From: Gemmatimonadota bacterium
GTDB taxonomy: Bacteria; Gemmatimonadota; Gemmatimonadetes; Gemmatimonadales; GWC2-71-9
Direction: 5' to 3'
DNA: 64,000 nucleotides
Assembly: GCA_016704275.1 (NCBI GenBank)
Contig: JADJAK010000005.1
Location: 336,246 to 400,245 of the forward strand
A program made the translations under genes and the position numbers. Shown here piece after piece: positions 1-8,964 of this stretch. The notes under the pieces are model-generated. The model was given only the letters and a program-made list of their open reading frames with translations. It searched no databases and was not told the DNA's origin. Positions within the stretch are counted from its first letter, which is position 1, and each line of letters opens with the position of its first letter.

Positions 1-2
1 GC

Positions 3-923
3 ATTCCCGATCCGGATGGGACGTGGCACAAGGATGCCGACGGACAGGAGGTGATCACGGTGCGCCGTGATGATCTACTGAAGGCGGCCGCGACGGGCGC
101 ACGGGGCATCGTCGTCCCGGCCGATGCCCCGGATCCGTCGGGCGAGGTCCGTCGCGTGCTCGACCGACTCGCCCGCGCGCCCGCGGAAGACCGCAGCGCC
201 GACGACCTCATCCCCCGCGCCTGGCTCTTCGCGCTGGTCGCGGCGGTGGGACTCCTGGGGCACACGTTGACCCGACGCAGTGCGGCGTTGGTGGGGTTGC
301 TGCTCGCCGTGGGTATCGGCACCGCGAGCGCCCAGCGACCGTCGGCCGGCGGCCAATTGCTGCAGCGAGGCGACACGGCCAAGGCGCGCGAGGCGTTCGC
401 CGCCGAGGCGAAAAAACTCGGCACCGACTCGGCGTGGTTCAATGCCGGCACGGCCGCGCTGGTGGCGGGCGACATGGTGGCAGCGCAGGATGCCTTGCGG
501 CGCGCGTCGCTGTCGCTTGACCCCGATCTCCGGCGGCGCGCGCTCTACAACCTCGGGACGGCGTACCTGACGCGCGCGCGGCGCGAGACGAAGGGACGCG
601 ACTCACTGCTCGTCGCGGCGAGCCGGCAGCTGCAGTCCGCGTTGCAGCTCGCACCCGGAGACGCCGACGCGAAGTTCAACTACGAGCTGGCGAGACGCTT
701 GATGCCGCCACCGCCACCGCCGCAGAGCGGGGGTGGCGGCGACTACAAGAAGCCGCCGCCGAAGCCGCAGCAACCGCAACAGGCGCCGCCCACGCCCGGC
801 GGCATGAGCAAGGCCGACGCCGAGCAGGTGCTCTCCGCGATGGAGCGCGCCGAGCGTGAGACGCGCATGGCGCAGGCCAAGCGGCAGCGACGTGGTCAAC
901 CGCCGCTGGGACCCGACTGGTGA
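3..923 (+). CDS. BatB/BatC-like aerotolerance-operon protein, 5' end cut by window edge (VWA-protein C-terminus, 2 TM helices, TPR, Pro-rich tail)
   Basis: The frame of ORF 51..923 is open from nt 3 (IPDPDGTWHKDADGQEV...), so the gene starts upstream of the window. It has TPR-like helices (LLQRGDTAKAREAFAAEA, ALYNLGTAYL), a PPPPPPQSGGGG...PQQPQQAPP tract, and a C-terminal SKADAEQVLSAMERAERE motif as in BatC. Confidence 0.6.
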   Translation: MPDPDGTWHKDADGQEVITVRRDDLLKAAATGARGIVVPADAPDPSGEVRRVLDRLARAPAEDRSADDLIPRAWLFALVAAVGLLGHTLTRRSAALVGLLLAVGIGTASAQRPSAGGQLLQRGDTAKAREAFAAEAKKLGTDSAWFNAGTAALVAGDMVAAQDALRRASLSLDPDLRRRALYNLGTAYLTRARRETKGRDSLLVAASRQLQSALQLAPGDADAKFNYELARRLMPPPPPPQSGGGGDYKKPPPKPQQPQQAPPTPGGMSKADAEQVLSAMERAERETRMAQAKRQRRGQPPLGPDW

Positions 924-980
924 TCGCACTCGCGCTCCTGGCCGCACTCGTCGTGCAGGATACCACGGCGCTTTCGCCGC

Positions 981-2873
981 GTGCGCGCGACATGCTCGGC
1001 CGCTTTCCGCTGCCCACCGGCGGCCGGTGGCGTGTCGATCGCCGTGCGCTTCTCGAAGGACACCGCGTGGGTGGGCGAGCAAGTCGAACTGGTGACGGCC
1101 GCGTGGTTTCCGCGCGAACTGCGCGATCGGCTCCGCCGGCCGCCGACCCTCCGAGGGCCGTCACTCAGCGGACTGTGGAGTGTGCAGTCGCAGTCCCTGC
1201 CGATCCTGGTCGAGACCCGCCGCGCGCGGGGCGAGGTCTACGATCTCTTCGTGATGCATCAGACGATCTTCCCCTTCGGCCCGGGGCGCATCGTCTCCCC
1301 GCCGGCGCTGCTCTCCTACGCGGTGCCGGCCTCGGCGTCCTACTTCGCCCCGGAAGAGCGCAAGAGCCTCACCTCGCGCACCGCGACGCTGCAGGTGCGC
1401 CCGATTCCCGCCGCCGTGGCCACTCTGGTCGCCGGTGGGCCGACGACACGGAACCTTCGCCTCGTCTGGCGCGGCCCCCCCGATGGATTGCGGGCCGGCA
1501 CGCCGGCACAGGTCGAACTCGTCGCCAACGGGACCGGCAACGTCACGCTCTGGCCGACGCCCAGCATCGCCTGGCCCAGCGGTTTGCGCGTCTACCCGGA
1601 GCGGACGGAAGAGCGGACCACGATCATCGCCGGCGATCGCGGCGGCGAGAAGCGGTTCCGATTCACCATCGTTGCCGACAGCGAAGGGGTCGTGACGCTT
1701 CCGGCGGTGCGGTACCCGACGTTCGACCCCAGCACCGTCAGTGTGCGGGTCGTCGCGGCGTCGGCGTTCGCGCTGCCGGTCTTCACGAGCGCCGGTCGGA
1801 CCGGCGATAGGACGCCACTCGCCGTCACCGGCGAGGAAGAAATTCCGCTGGCGACGCAGGTGGTGCGCACCAAGGCAGCGATGTGGGTCGCGTTGGTTAC
1901 GCCTGGCGTGCTGCTGGCCCTCTGGTGGCGGCGACGCCGGCCTCGAGCTGCGATCGCCGTCGTCCAGCCGATCGGCGATCCGGAACGGGAGTTGTATCGA
2001 TTGCTCGGCACGCCGATCGAGGCGAGTTCGGATCGTGTCGTCGCCGCACTCCGCCATCGCGGCGTGCCGCGCCCGGAGGCCGAGCAGATTCGTCGCTGGC
2101 TCGCCGCCACGGGGCGGCGACGGTACGGGCCCGTTGGGGGAGCCGCGCCGGAGCCCCCGGCTGCTGTCTCCGCGGTGCTCAGCAGGCTGCGGCGCGCGAC
2201 GACGCTGTTGGTGCTTTGCTTCGTCGCTGCGGCACCGCTGGTGGGGCAGGCCACCGATCCGGTCAGTCGCTACCGCGCGGGGGACTTCCGCGGGGCAGCA
2301 CGGCGCTTCGAGGCGCAGACCATTGCCGAGCCCCGGGCCGCCGGGAGCTGGCGCGACCTTGGGTCGGCCCGGTGGCAGGCTGGCGATGACGTCGGTGCGG
2401 TGGCCGCCTGGTGGCGTGCCCTCTCGCTCGCCCCACGCGACAAGGTGGCCCGACAGGCCTGGCGCGATGCGAGCACGCTGCCCGCCAGCATGCAGCGGCT
2501 CGTGCCGACGATCCCGGTGTCACGTGACGAGTGCGTCCTCCTCGCCGTGCTCGGCGTAGCGGTCTCGTGGCTGCTCGGCAGATCTGGCCGACGCCGCCGG
2601 GCGGCTCGCGTCGTCCTGCTCGTGTCGCTCAGCTGTGGCGCCCTGGCTCTCTTCCGCTGGCGTCGGGAAGTGGCACCCGTCGCGTTGGTGCGCGAGGCGA
2701 TCGCCCTGCGTGTCTCGCCGCATCCGGCGGCCCCGGCGCTCGCGCAGGCCTCGGCCTGGGCGTTGGTGGAGGTGGAGAAGCGTGACGGGAAGTGGCTACT
2801 GGTGGCGACGCCGGAGGGTGGGCGTGGCTGGCTCCCCGAGGAGGCGATCGCGCCACTCGCGACGCTAGATTGA
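981..2873 (+). CDS. BatD/BatE-like fusion protein (oxygen-tolerance beta-rich domain, TM helices, TPR, C-terminal SH3-like)
   Basis: 630-aa ORF. It has a BatD-like VSIAVRFSKDTAWVGEQVELV region, a TM helix AAMWVALVTPGVLLALWWRRRR, TPR-like YRAGDFRGAARRFEAQ and WWRALSLAP, a second TM helix, and a C-terminal KWLLVATPEGGRGWLPEEAI (SH3-like, as in BatE). The true start may be GTG 920 in another frame (see finding). Confidence 0.6.
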   Translation: MRATCSAAFRCPPAAGGVSIAVRFSKDTAWVGEQVELVTAAWFPRELRDRLRRPPTLRGPSLSGLWSVQSQSLPILVETRRARGEVYDLFVMHQTIFPFGPGRIVSPPALLSYAVPASASYFAPEERKSLTSRTATLQVRPIPAAVATLVAGGPTTRNLRLVWRGPPDGLRAGTPAQVELVANGTGNVTLWPTPSIAWPSGLRVYPERTEERTTIIAGDRGGEKRFRFTIVADSEGVVTLPAVRYPTFDPSTVSVRVVAASAFALPVFTSAGRTGDRTPLAVTGEEEIPLATQVVRTKAAMWVALVTPGVLLALWWRRRRPRAAIAVVQPIGDPERELYRLLGTPIEASSDRVVAALRHRGVPRPEAEQIRRWLAATGRRRYGPVGGAAPEPPAAVSAVLSRLRRATTLLVLCFVAAAPLVGQATDPVSRYRAGDFRGAARRFEAQTIAEPRAAGSWRDLGSARWQAGDDVGAVAAWWRALSLAPRDKVARQAWRDASTLPASMQRLVPTIPVSRDECVLLAVLGVAVSWLLGRSGRRRRAARVVLLVSLSCGALALFRWRREVAPVALVREAIALRVSPHPAAPALAQASAWALVEVEKRDGKWLLVATPEGGRGWLPEEAIAPLATLD

Positions 2874-2877
2874 GGGG

Positions 2878-4611
2878 ATGAGCATCGGCACGACGCGACG
2901 CATCGCCCTCCTCCCTGACGCCGTCGCGAATCAGATCGCGGCCGGCGAGGTGGTGGAGCGCCCAGCGTCGGTGGTGAAGGAACTGGTCGAGAACGCCCTC
3001 GACGCCGAGGCGCGGCACGTCCGCGTCTCGGTCGAGAATGGGGGCAAGACCGTGATCGAAGTGGCCGACGACGGCACCGGCATGTCGCGCGACGATGCGC
3101 TGCTTGCCCTCGATCGTCATGCCACCTCGAAAATCCGTTCCCCCGAGGATCTCGTCGGGATCGCCACCTTCGGCTTCCGTGGCGAGGCGATTCCGGCGAT
3201 CGCCTCCGTGAGTCGATTCGCCCTGCACACCGCCACCACCGATGGCGACGGGGTGGAGGTCACGGTCAACGGCGGTCGAGTCGACCAGCTGCGCGAGCAG
3301 CCCCGGCAGCGCGGCACCACCGTGACCGCCCGCACGATCTTCTACAACACCCCTGCGCGCCGGAAATTTCTCCGCTCCGCGGCGAGTGAATCGCGGGCGG
3401 TCTGGGATACGGTGGCGACCCTGGCCCTGGCCCATCCCGACGTCGGCTTCGAATTGATGCTCGATGGTCGGCCGCGGTTGATCGTCCCCGCCGCACAAGC
3501 GCGCGAGGAACGACTGGCGGCGGTCTGGGGCGCGGAATTGGCCCGGACGCTCCTGCCGGTCAGCTACGCCGTGGGCGGGGTGCGCGTCGAGGGGTTCACG
3601 CAGCGCCCCGCCGATGCGCAGCCCACCGGCCGACGCACGCAGCTCTTCGTCAACGGTCGACCCTTCCGCGATCATTTCCTCGTGCGTGCGGCGGAGGCGG
3701 GCTACCGCTCCGCGATCCATCCGGGCGATCGGCCCTCACTCTTCCTCGACATCGGCGTCGATCCCGCCGAAGTGGACGTCAACGTCCATCCGGCGAAGCT
3801 GGAGGTGCGCTTTCGCGACCGGATCGGCGTCGAACGCGCCGTCGAGGAAGCGGTGCGCGATGCCCTGCAGGCGTTGGGGGCGTCGGCGCAGCTCGGCGAG
3901 GCCCCGATGCCCGGTGCCTTGCCGGCCCCGCGCCCAATGGGGGTGCCCCTGGCCGACGAGCTCCCCGCCGATCTGTTCGCCCCGCTCACCGGCGACGCTG
4001 CCACGGTTGATGCGGCGCCGCACCACGCCGAGACGATCGGCTGGCAGGCGCCGTTGCTGCAGTTGGCCGATACCTATCTCTGCTACGAGTCGCCCGAGGG
4101 GTTGGTCATCGTCGATCAGCACTCGGCGCACGAACGCGTCCTGTACGAAGAGGTGCTGGATCAGTTGCAGGGGACCGGAATGCCATCGCAGCGACTGCTG
4201 CTCCCGATCACGATCGAGCTGACCGACGAGGAACTCGATGTGGTCGCCAGTCACGACGACGTGCTCCGCCGCATCGGCTTCGAGGTGGAGCCGTTCGGGG
4301 GCCGTGCCGTCGCCGTGCACGGCGTGCCCAATCCGCATCCGCGCTTTGATGCGGTGGCCTGCTTTCGTGAGATGGTGGCCGACCTGGCCCGCGGACGCTT
4401 TGGCGGCTGGGCCAACCGCCTCGAGCGCTTTGCCGCCACCTACGCCTGCCGCGCCGCGGTGAAGGCCGGGCAGCGGCTGGACGATCGCTCGATGCGCGAG
4501 CTGCTCATGCGGCTGTTCGCCTGCGAGTTGCCACCGCACGACGTGCACGGCCGCTCGACGATCGTGCAACTGCCGCGCGAAGAACTGGAGCGACGCTTTG
4601 GGCGACGCTAG
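2878..4611 (+). CDS. mutL: DNA mismatch repair protein MutL
   Basis: N-terminal GHKL ATPase motifs: IALLPDAVANQIAAGEVVERPASVVKELVENALDA, DDGTGM, FGFRGEA. The C-terminal dimerisation region is present. Confidence 0.93.
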   Translation: MSIGTTRRIALLPDAVANQIAAGEVVERPASVVKELVENALDAEARHVRVSVENGGKTVIEVADDGTGMSRDDALLALDRHATSKIRSPEDLVGIATFGFRGEAIPAIASVSRFALHTATTDGDGVEVTVNGGRVDQLREQPRQRGTTVTARTIFYNTPARRKFLRSAASESRAVWDTVATLALAHPDVGFELMLDGRPRLIVPAAQAREERLAAVWGAELARTLLPVSYAVGGVRVEGFTQRPADAQPTGRRTQLFVNGRPFRDHFLVRAAEAGYRSAIHPGDRPSLFLDIGVDPAEVDVNVHPAKLEVRFRDRIGVERAVEEAVRDALQALGASAQLGEAPMPGALPAPRPMGVPLADELPADLFAPLTGDAATVDAAPHHAETIGWQAPLLQLADTYLCYESPEGLVIVDQHSAHERVLYEEVLDQLQGTGMPSQRLLLPITIELTDEELDVVASHDDVLRRIGFEVEPFGGRAVAVHGVPNPHPRFDAVACFREMVADLARGRFGGWANRLERFAATYACRAAVKAGQRLDDRSMRELLMRLFACELPPHDVHGRSTIVQLPREELERRFGRR

Positions 4612-5524
4612 GACGCCGATTCTCGTCGGCCCGACGGGCGTCGGCAAGACCGCCATCGCCCTGGCGCTCGCCGCCCATTGGCCCATGGAAGTGATCTCGG
4701 CCGATTCGCGACAGATCTATCGGGGTCTCGACATCGCCACGGCGAAGGCCACCCGCAAGGAACGCGATCGCGTCCCGCATCACCTGGTCGACGTGGTGCG
4801 GCCCGGGGAGCGGTACAGCGCAGGACGCTTTGCGCTCGACGCGGCCGCCGCCGTCGAGACGATCCGCGCCGCCGGCAAGCTCCCGGTCGTGGTGGGCGGC
4901 ACCGGGCTGTATGTGCGGGCGTTGGTGGACGGACTCTTCGCCGAGCCGTCGATCGATCCGCGCGCTCGCGAGGCACTTGGTCTGGCGATCGACCGGATGG
5001 ACAACGCCTCCCTGGTGCGCTGGGCCGGACGGCTCGATCGCGGCTATCGCGGGGAAGGGGGGCGGCATCGGGCGGCCCGGGCGATCGAGATCGCGCTCCT
5101 CACCGGGCAACCGCTGTCGTGGTGGCAGGCCGCCGCGAAGGCGCAGGGCGTCGTGACGCCGTGGACGGTGCGGCTCACCGCCCCCCGCCACCTCCTGCAT
5201 CAGCGAATCCTGGCGCGCACGACGGCGATGCTGGAGCGCGGCCTGCTCGAGGAGGTCGCGGCGGTGCTGGCCGACGGCGCGCCGATCGAAGGTCCCGGGA
5301 TGGATGGCATTGGCGTGCGGGAAGCCGTGGCGGTCCTGCAGGGCCGCCTGCCACGCGACCTCCTGGTCTCGTCGATTGCCACCGCGACGCGACAGTACGC
5401 CAAGCGGCAGGAAACCTGGTTTCGTCATCAACTTCACGGCGACGTCCTGGTGCTGGACGCCACCCGTCCCCCTGAGCAGCTCGCCGCGACCATTGCGGCA
5501 GCGTGGGAGCAGCAGAGCGCATGA
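4598..5524 (+). CDS. miaA: tRNA dimethylallyltransferase MiaA
   Basis: P-loop ILVGPTGVGKTAIAL, SADSRQIYRGLDIATAK, and HHLVDV. The listed start is TTG 4598, overlapping the mutL end, so the exact start is uncertain. Confidence 0.9.
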   Translation: MGDARTPILVGPTGVGKTAIALALAAHWPMEVISADSRQIYRGLDIATAKATRKERDRVPHHLVDVVRPGERYSAGRFALDAAAAVETIRAAGKLPVVVGGTGLYVRALVDGLFAEPSIDPRAREALGLAIDRMDNASLVRWAGRLDRGYRGEGGRHRAARAIEIALLTGQPLSWWQAAAKAQGVVTPWTVRLTAPRHLLHQRILARTTAMLERGLLEEVAAVLADGAPIEGPGMDGIGVREAVAVLQGRLPRDLLVSSIATATRQYAKRQETWFRHQLHGDVLVLDATRPPEQLAATIAAAWEQQSA

Positions 5525-6651
5525 AGATCGGCATCACCTGCTATCCGACCTACGGCGGTTCCGGCGCCGTGGCGACGGAACTTGGCCTCGACCTGGCCCG
5601 GCGCGGTCATGAAGTGCACTTCATCACCTACGATTCGCCGTTCCGGCTGCGCGGCTATGTCGAGCGCGCCTATTTCCACGAAGTCGACACCGCGATGAGT
5701 CGGTATCCGCTCTTCGAGCACTACCCGTACACGCTGGCGCTCGCCTCGCGGCAGTATGAAGTGGCGTTGCAGGAAAATCTCGACTTGTTGCACGTCCACT
5801 ACGCGATCCCGCATGCGACCACGGCGTTCCTCGCGCGCGAGATGCTGCGCGGCGAACGTGACCTCAAGGTGATCACCACGCTCCACGGCACCGACATCAC
5901 GCTGGTGGGGCAGGAGGCGTCGTTCTACGCCATCACCAAGTTCTCGATCGAGCGTTCCGATCGCGTCACGGCGGTCTCGGAGTTTCTGCGTGATGAGACC
6001 TACCGCGCGTTCGGCTGCGTCTCCTGCGACCTCGATGTCATCCCGAATTTCATCAACCTGCTGGAGTACCGCCCCGAGGCCGCGGCCTCGCGCGACTCGC
6101 TGGCACCGGGCGACGAACGCCTGCTGCTGCACGTCTCCAACTTCCGCGAAGTGAAACGGGTCAAGGACGTGGTGCGGATCTTCGCGCGGGTGCGGAAGGC
6201 GATGCCGGCGACGCTGCTCATGGTGGGTGACGGCCCCGATCGCGCCGACGCCGAGCACGAGGCGCGCGAACTCGGCGTCGCCGCCGATGTCCGGTTCCTC
6301 GGGCGCCTCGACACCGTCGCCCCGCTGCTGGCCGCCGCCGACCTCTTTCTCCTGCCGTCGCAGACCGAGTCCTTCGGCCTCGCCGCGCTCGAGGCGATGG
6401 CGTGCGGCACCCCGGTCGTGGCCGCACGCACTGGCGGCCTCCCCGAGGTGATCACCGATGGCGTCGACGGCATCCTCGAGCCGGCCGGCTCGGTCGAGGC
6501 GATGGCCCGGCGCGCCATCGAGCTGCTCAAGGATCCGGTGCGCTACGCCAAGATTCGCGCGGCGGCCCTCGCCCGCGCCGCGACCTTCTCGTCGGACATC
6601 GTGGTGCCGCAGTACGAGGCACTCTACGGTCGCGTGCTGGCGGGTCGATGA
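5521..6651 (+). CDS. bshA: GT4 glycosyltransferase, BshA-like (N-acetyl-alpha-D-glucosaminyl L-malate synthase)
   Basis: MKIGITCYPTYGGSGAVATELGLDLARRGHEVHFI is the characteristic BshA N-terminus, and the GT-B E-x7-E region SESFGLAALEAMACGTPVV is present. ATG 5521 forms an ATGA overlap with the miaA stop. The track start at 5503 is probably too early. Confidence 0.72.
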   Translation: MKIGITCYPTYGGSGAVATELGLDLARRGHEVHFITYDSPFRLRGYVERAYFHEVDTAMSRYPLFEHYPYTLALASRQYEVALQENLDLLHVHYAIPHATTAFLAREMLRGERDLKVITTLHGTDITLVGQEASFYAITKFSIERSDRVTAVSEFLRDETYRAFGCVSCDLDVIPNFINLLEYRPEAAASRDSLAPGDERLLLHVSNFREVKRVKDVVRIFARVRKAMPATLLMVGDGPDRADAEHEARELGVAADVRFLGRLDTVAPLLAAADLFLLPSQTESFGLAALEAMACGTPVVAARTGGLPEVITDGVDGILEPAGSVEAMARRAIELLKDPVRYAKIRAAALARAATFSSDIVVPQYEALYGRVLAGR

Positions 6652-7457
6652 CCCTCGGCCCGCTGCTGATCGCCCTGATCCTCGGCCTCGTCGAGGGGAT
6701 CACCGAGTTCCTGCCGGTGTCCTCGACCGGGCACCTCATTGTCGTCGGTGACCTGTTGCACTTCACTGGCGAACGGGCCGCCACGTTTGAAGTCGTGATC
6801 CAGGTCGGTGCCATCCTCGCCGTCATCTGGCACTATCGCGCCACCTTGCTCTCCCTCGTCACACGGATGATGCGCGTCGGGCCGGAACGCAACCTGGTGG
6901 GGAAGCTGCTCCTCGGCTTCATCCCGGCCGCGGTGGCCGGAGTGCTCCTCATCCACTGGATCAAGGCGAATCTCTTCTCGACGACGGTCGTGGCGTGGGC
7001 GCTCGTCGTGGGCGGCGTCGTGATGTTGCTGTTGGAATGGCGACGGCCGACGGTGACGGCGCCGACGCTCGCCGAGGTGACGCCGCGTCAGGCGCTGGGG
7101 ATCGGCTTCGCCCAGGTGTTGGCGATCATCCCCGGCACGTCGCGCGCCGCGACCACCATCCTCGGCGGCTACGCCTTCGGCCTCTCGCGCGCCGCGGCCA
7201 CCGAGTTCTCGTTCCTCCTGGCGATTCCGACCATCATCGGCGCGGCGACCCTCGACCTCGCCAAGAGCTGGCAGCTCTTCACGATGGCCGACGCGCCGAT
7301 GTTCGCCGTGGGACTGGTGGTGTCATTCGTCTCGGCGTTGGTGGTGATCCGCGGATTCCTCCGCTACGTCGAGCGGCACAGCTTCACGGTCTTCGCCTGG
7401 TATCGGATCGTCTTCGGCCTGGGGTTGCTGTTCGTCCTCGCGCGCCGCGGCGGGTGA
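6648..7457 (+). CDS. uppP: Undecaprenyl-diphosphate phosphatase UppP/BacA
   Basis: LGLVEGITEFLPVSSTGHL and PGTSRAATTI motifs, multi-TM. ATG 6648 forms an ATGA overlap with the bshA stop. The upstream part of ORF 6402.. is Arg-rich off-frame read-through. Confidence 0.9.
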   Translation: MTLGPLLIALILGLVEGITEFLPVSSTGHLIVVGDLLHFTGERAATFEVVIQVGAILAVIWHYRATLLSLVTRMMRVGPERNLVGKLLLGFIPAAVAGVLLIHWIKANLFSTTVVAWALVVGGVVMLLLEWRRPTVTAPTLAEVTPRQALGIGFAQVLAIIPGTSRAATTILGGYAFGLSRAAATEFSFLLAIPTIIGAATLDLAKSWQLFTMADAPMFAVGLVVSFVSALVVIRGFLRYVERHSFTVFAWYRIVFGLGLLFVLARRGG

Positions 7458-7467
7458 ACGGTCGGCG

Positions 7468-8169
7468 ATGCTGACACGTCTTGCCTCCGTCGACAGCACG
7501 ATGGAACTGGCCCACGCCGCGGCGCTCGCCGGAGCGCCGCACGGCTCGGCCTTCGTCGCGGAGCGCCAGCATGTGGGCCGGGGATCGCGCGGCCGCCCCT
7601 GGGAATCCCAGCGCGGCGGCCTGTGGCTCTCCGTCATCGCCCGTCCAGCGCGGGCCGACGCCTTCGCCGCCCTGTCGCTTCGGGTGGGGCTCGCCATCGC
7701 CGAGGCGATCGAGGCCACCTGGCCCGCGATGCCGACCCTGCAGGTCAAATGGCCCAACGATCTGCAGGCCGAGGGTCGCAAAGTGGCTGGCGTCCTCTGT
7801 GAGGCGTCGTGGTCCGGCGCCGAGTGCCGCTGGGTCGTCGTCGGAGTCGGCGTGAACGTCTGCAATCCGCTGCCAGCGACGCTGAGTGGGCAGGCCGCCC
7901 GATGCGACGAGTGGGTGCCAGGCGCCGAACCGGACGAGTTGCTCGAACGCGTGCTCCCGGCGGTGACCCGGGTGTCGGGTTACGCCGGTCCGCTGACGGA
8001 TCCGGAGTTGGCGGCCTTCCTCCGGCGCGACGCGCTGGCCGGCCGCCGCGCGCGCGCGCCGGTCGCCGGGGTGGTGATCGGCATCGCCGCCGATGGTTCC
8101 TTGCTGGTCCGCGATCCGGGAGGGCAGGCCCGTCCTGTCCTCGCCGGGCTGGTCCTCGATCCCGCCTGA
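7468..8169 (+). CDS. birA: Biotin--[acetyl-CoA-carboxylase] ligase (group I, no HTH domain)
   Basis: GRGSRGRPWES biotin-binding loop, KWPNDL, and KVAGVL. Confidence 0.8.
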   Translation: MLTRLASVDSTMELAHAAALAGAPHGSAFVAERQHVGRGSRGRPWESQRGGLWLSVIARPARADAFAALSLRVGLAIAEAIEATWPAMPTLQVKWPNDLQAEGRKVAGVLCEASWSGAECRWVVVGVGVNVCNPLPATLSGQAARCDEWVPGAEPDELLERVLPAVTRVSGYAGPLTDPELAAFLRRDALAGRRARAPVAGVVIGIAADGSLLVRDPGGQARPVLAGLVLDPA

Positions 8170-8184
8170 CGCGAGATTCCATTC

Positions 8185-8964
8185 ATGCTGCTTGCCCTCG
8201 ATATCGGCAACACGGAAGTCACCGTCGGCCTCTTCGGTGGTCGAACCCTGCTCGGGCAGTGGCGACTGACCACTGTCGCCGACCGGACACCCGATGAGTG
8301 GGCGATGGCACTCGATGCCTGTCTTCGACGCACCGGACACAGTCCGGCCGACGTCAGCGCGGCCTGCCTCGCCTCGGTGGCGCCGGCGGTGACCTCGCCG
8401 CTCGTCACCGCCATCGCCGCCACCTACACGCCGCGCATCGGCCTGGTCGAGGCGAGGGCCAATCTTCCCGTGATCCTCGACGTCGATGAACCGCTCGCCG
8501 TCGGCCCGGACCGCATCGCCAACGTCCTGGCCGCATTGGACCGCCATCCCGGTGACAGCATCGTCGTCGATTTCGGCACCGCCACCACCTTCGACTGTGT
8601 CACCGCCGATCGCCGTTTCATCGGCGGGTCGATCATGCCGGGGCTGCGCACCTCGGCGGAGCAGTTGGTGCGGAAGGCGGCGAAGTTGACCGCCACCGAG
8701 CTCGTTCCGCCAACTCGCGCGATTGGCCGGCGGACCGACGAACACATCCGCGGCGGTGTCCTCTTCGGAACGGCGGATGCGGTCGACGGGATGATCCGGC
8801 GGATCCGGGCCGAGTGGCCGACGACGGCGACGCCGCAGGTGATCGCGACCGGCGGCCTGGCCGCGCTGGTGGCGCCACTCACGACCTCGATCGGTCGTGT
8901 GGAACCCGACCTGACGCTGCACGGCATTCTGGTCGCGGCCGATGCCCTCGGACTGCTTGCGTGA
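8185..8964 (+). CDS. coaX: Type III pantothenate kinase
   Basis: MLLALDIGNTEVTVGLF, VDFGTATTFD, and ATGG motifs of the ASKHA-fold CoaX. Confidence 0.9.
   Translation: MLLALDIGNTEVTVGLFGGRTLLGQWRLTTVADRTPDEWAMALDACLRRTGHSPADVSAACLASVAPAVTSPLVTAIAATYTPRIGLVEARANLPVILDVDEPLAVGPDRIANVLAALDRHPGDSIVVDFGTATTFDCVTADRRFIGGSIMPGLRTSAEQLVRKAAKLTATELVPPTRAIGRRTDEHIRGGVLFGTADAVDGMIRRIRAEWPTTATPQVIATGGLAALVAPLTTSIGRVEPDLTLHGILVAADALGLLA

Noticed and set aside
7384-8922. 512-aa minus-strand ORF
   Set aside because: It is antisense to birA and coaX, with Arg/Gly/Asp-rich low-information sequence.
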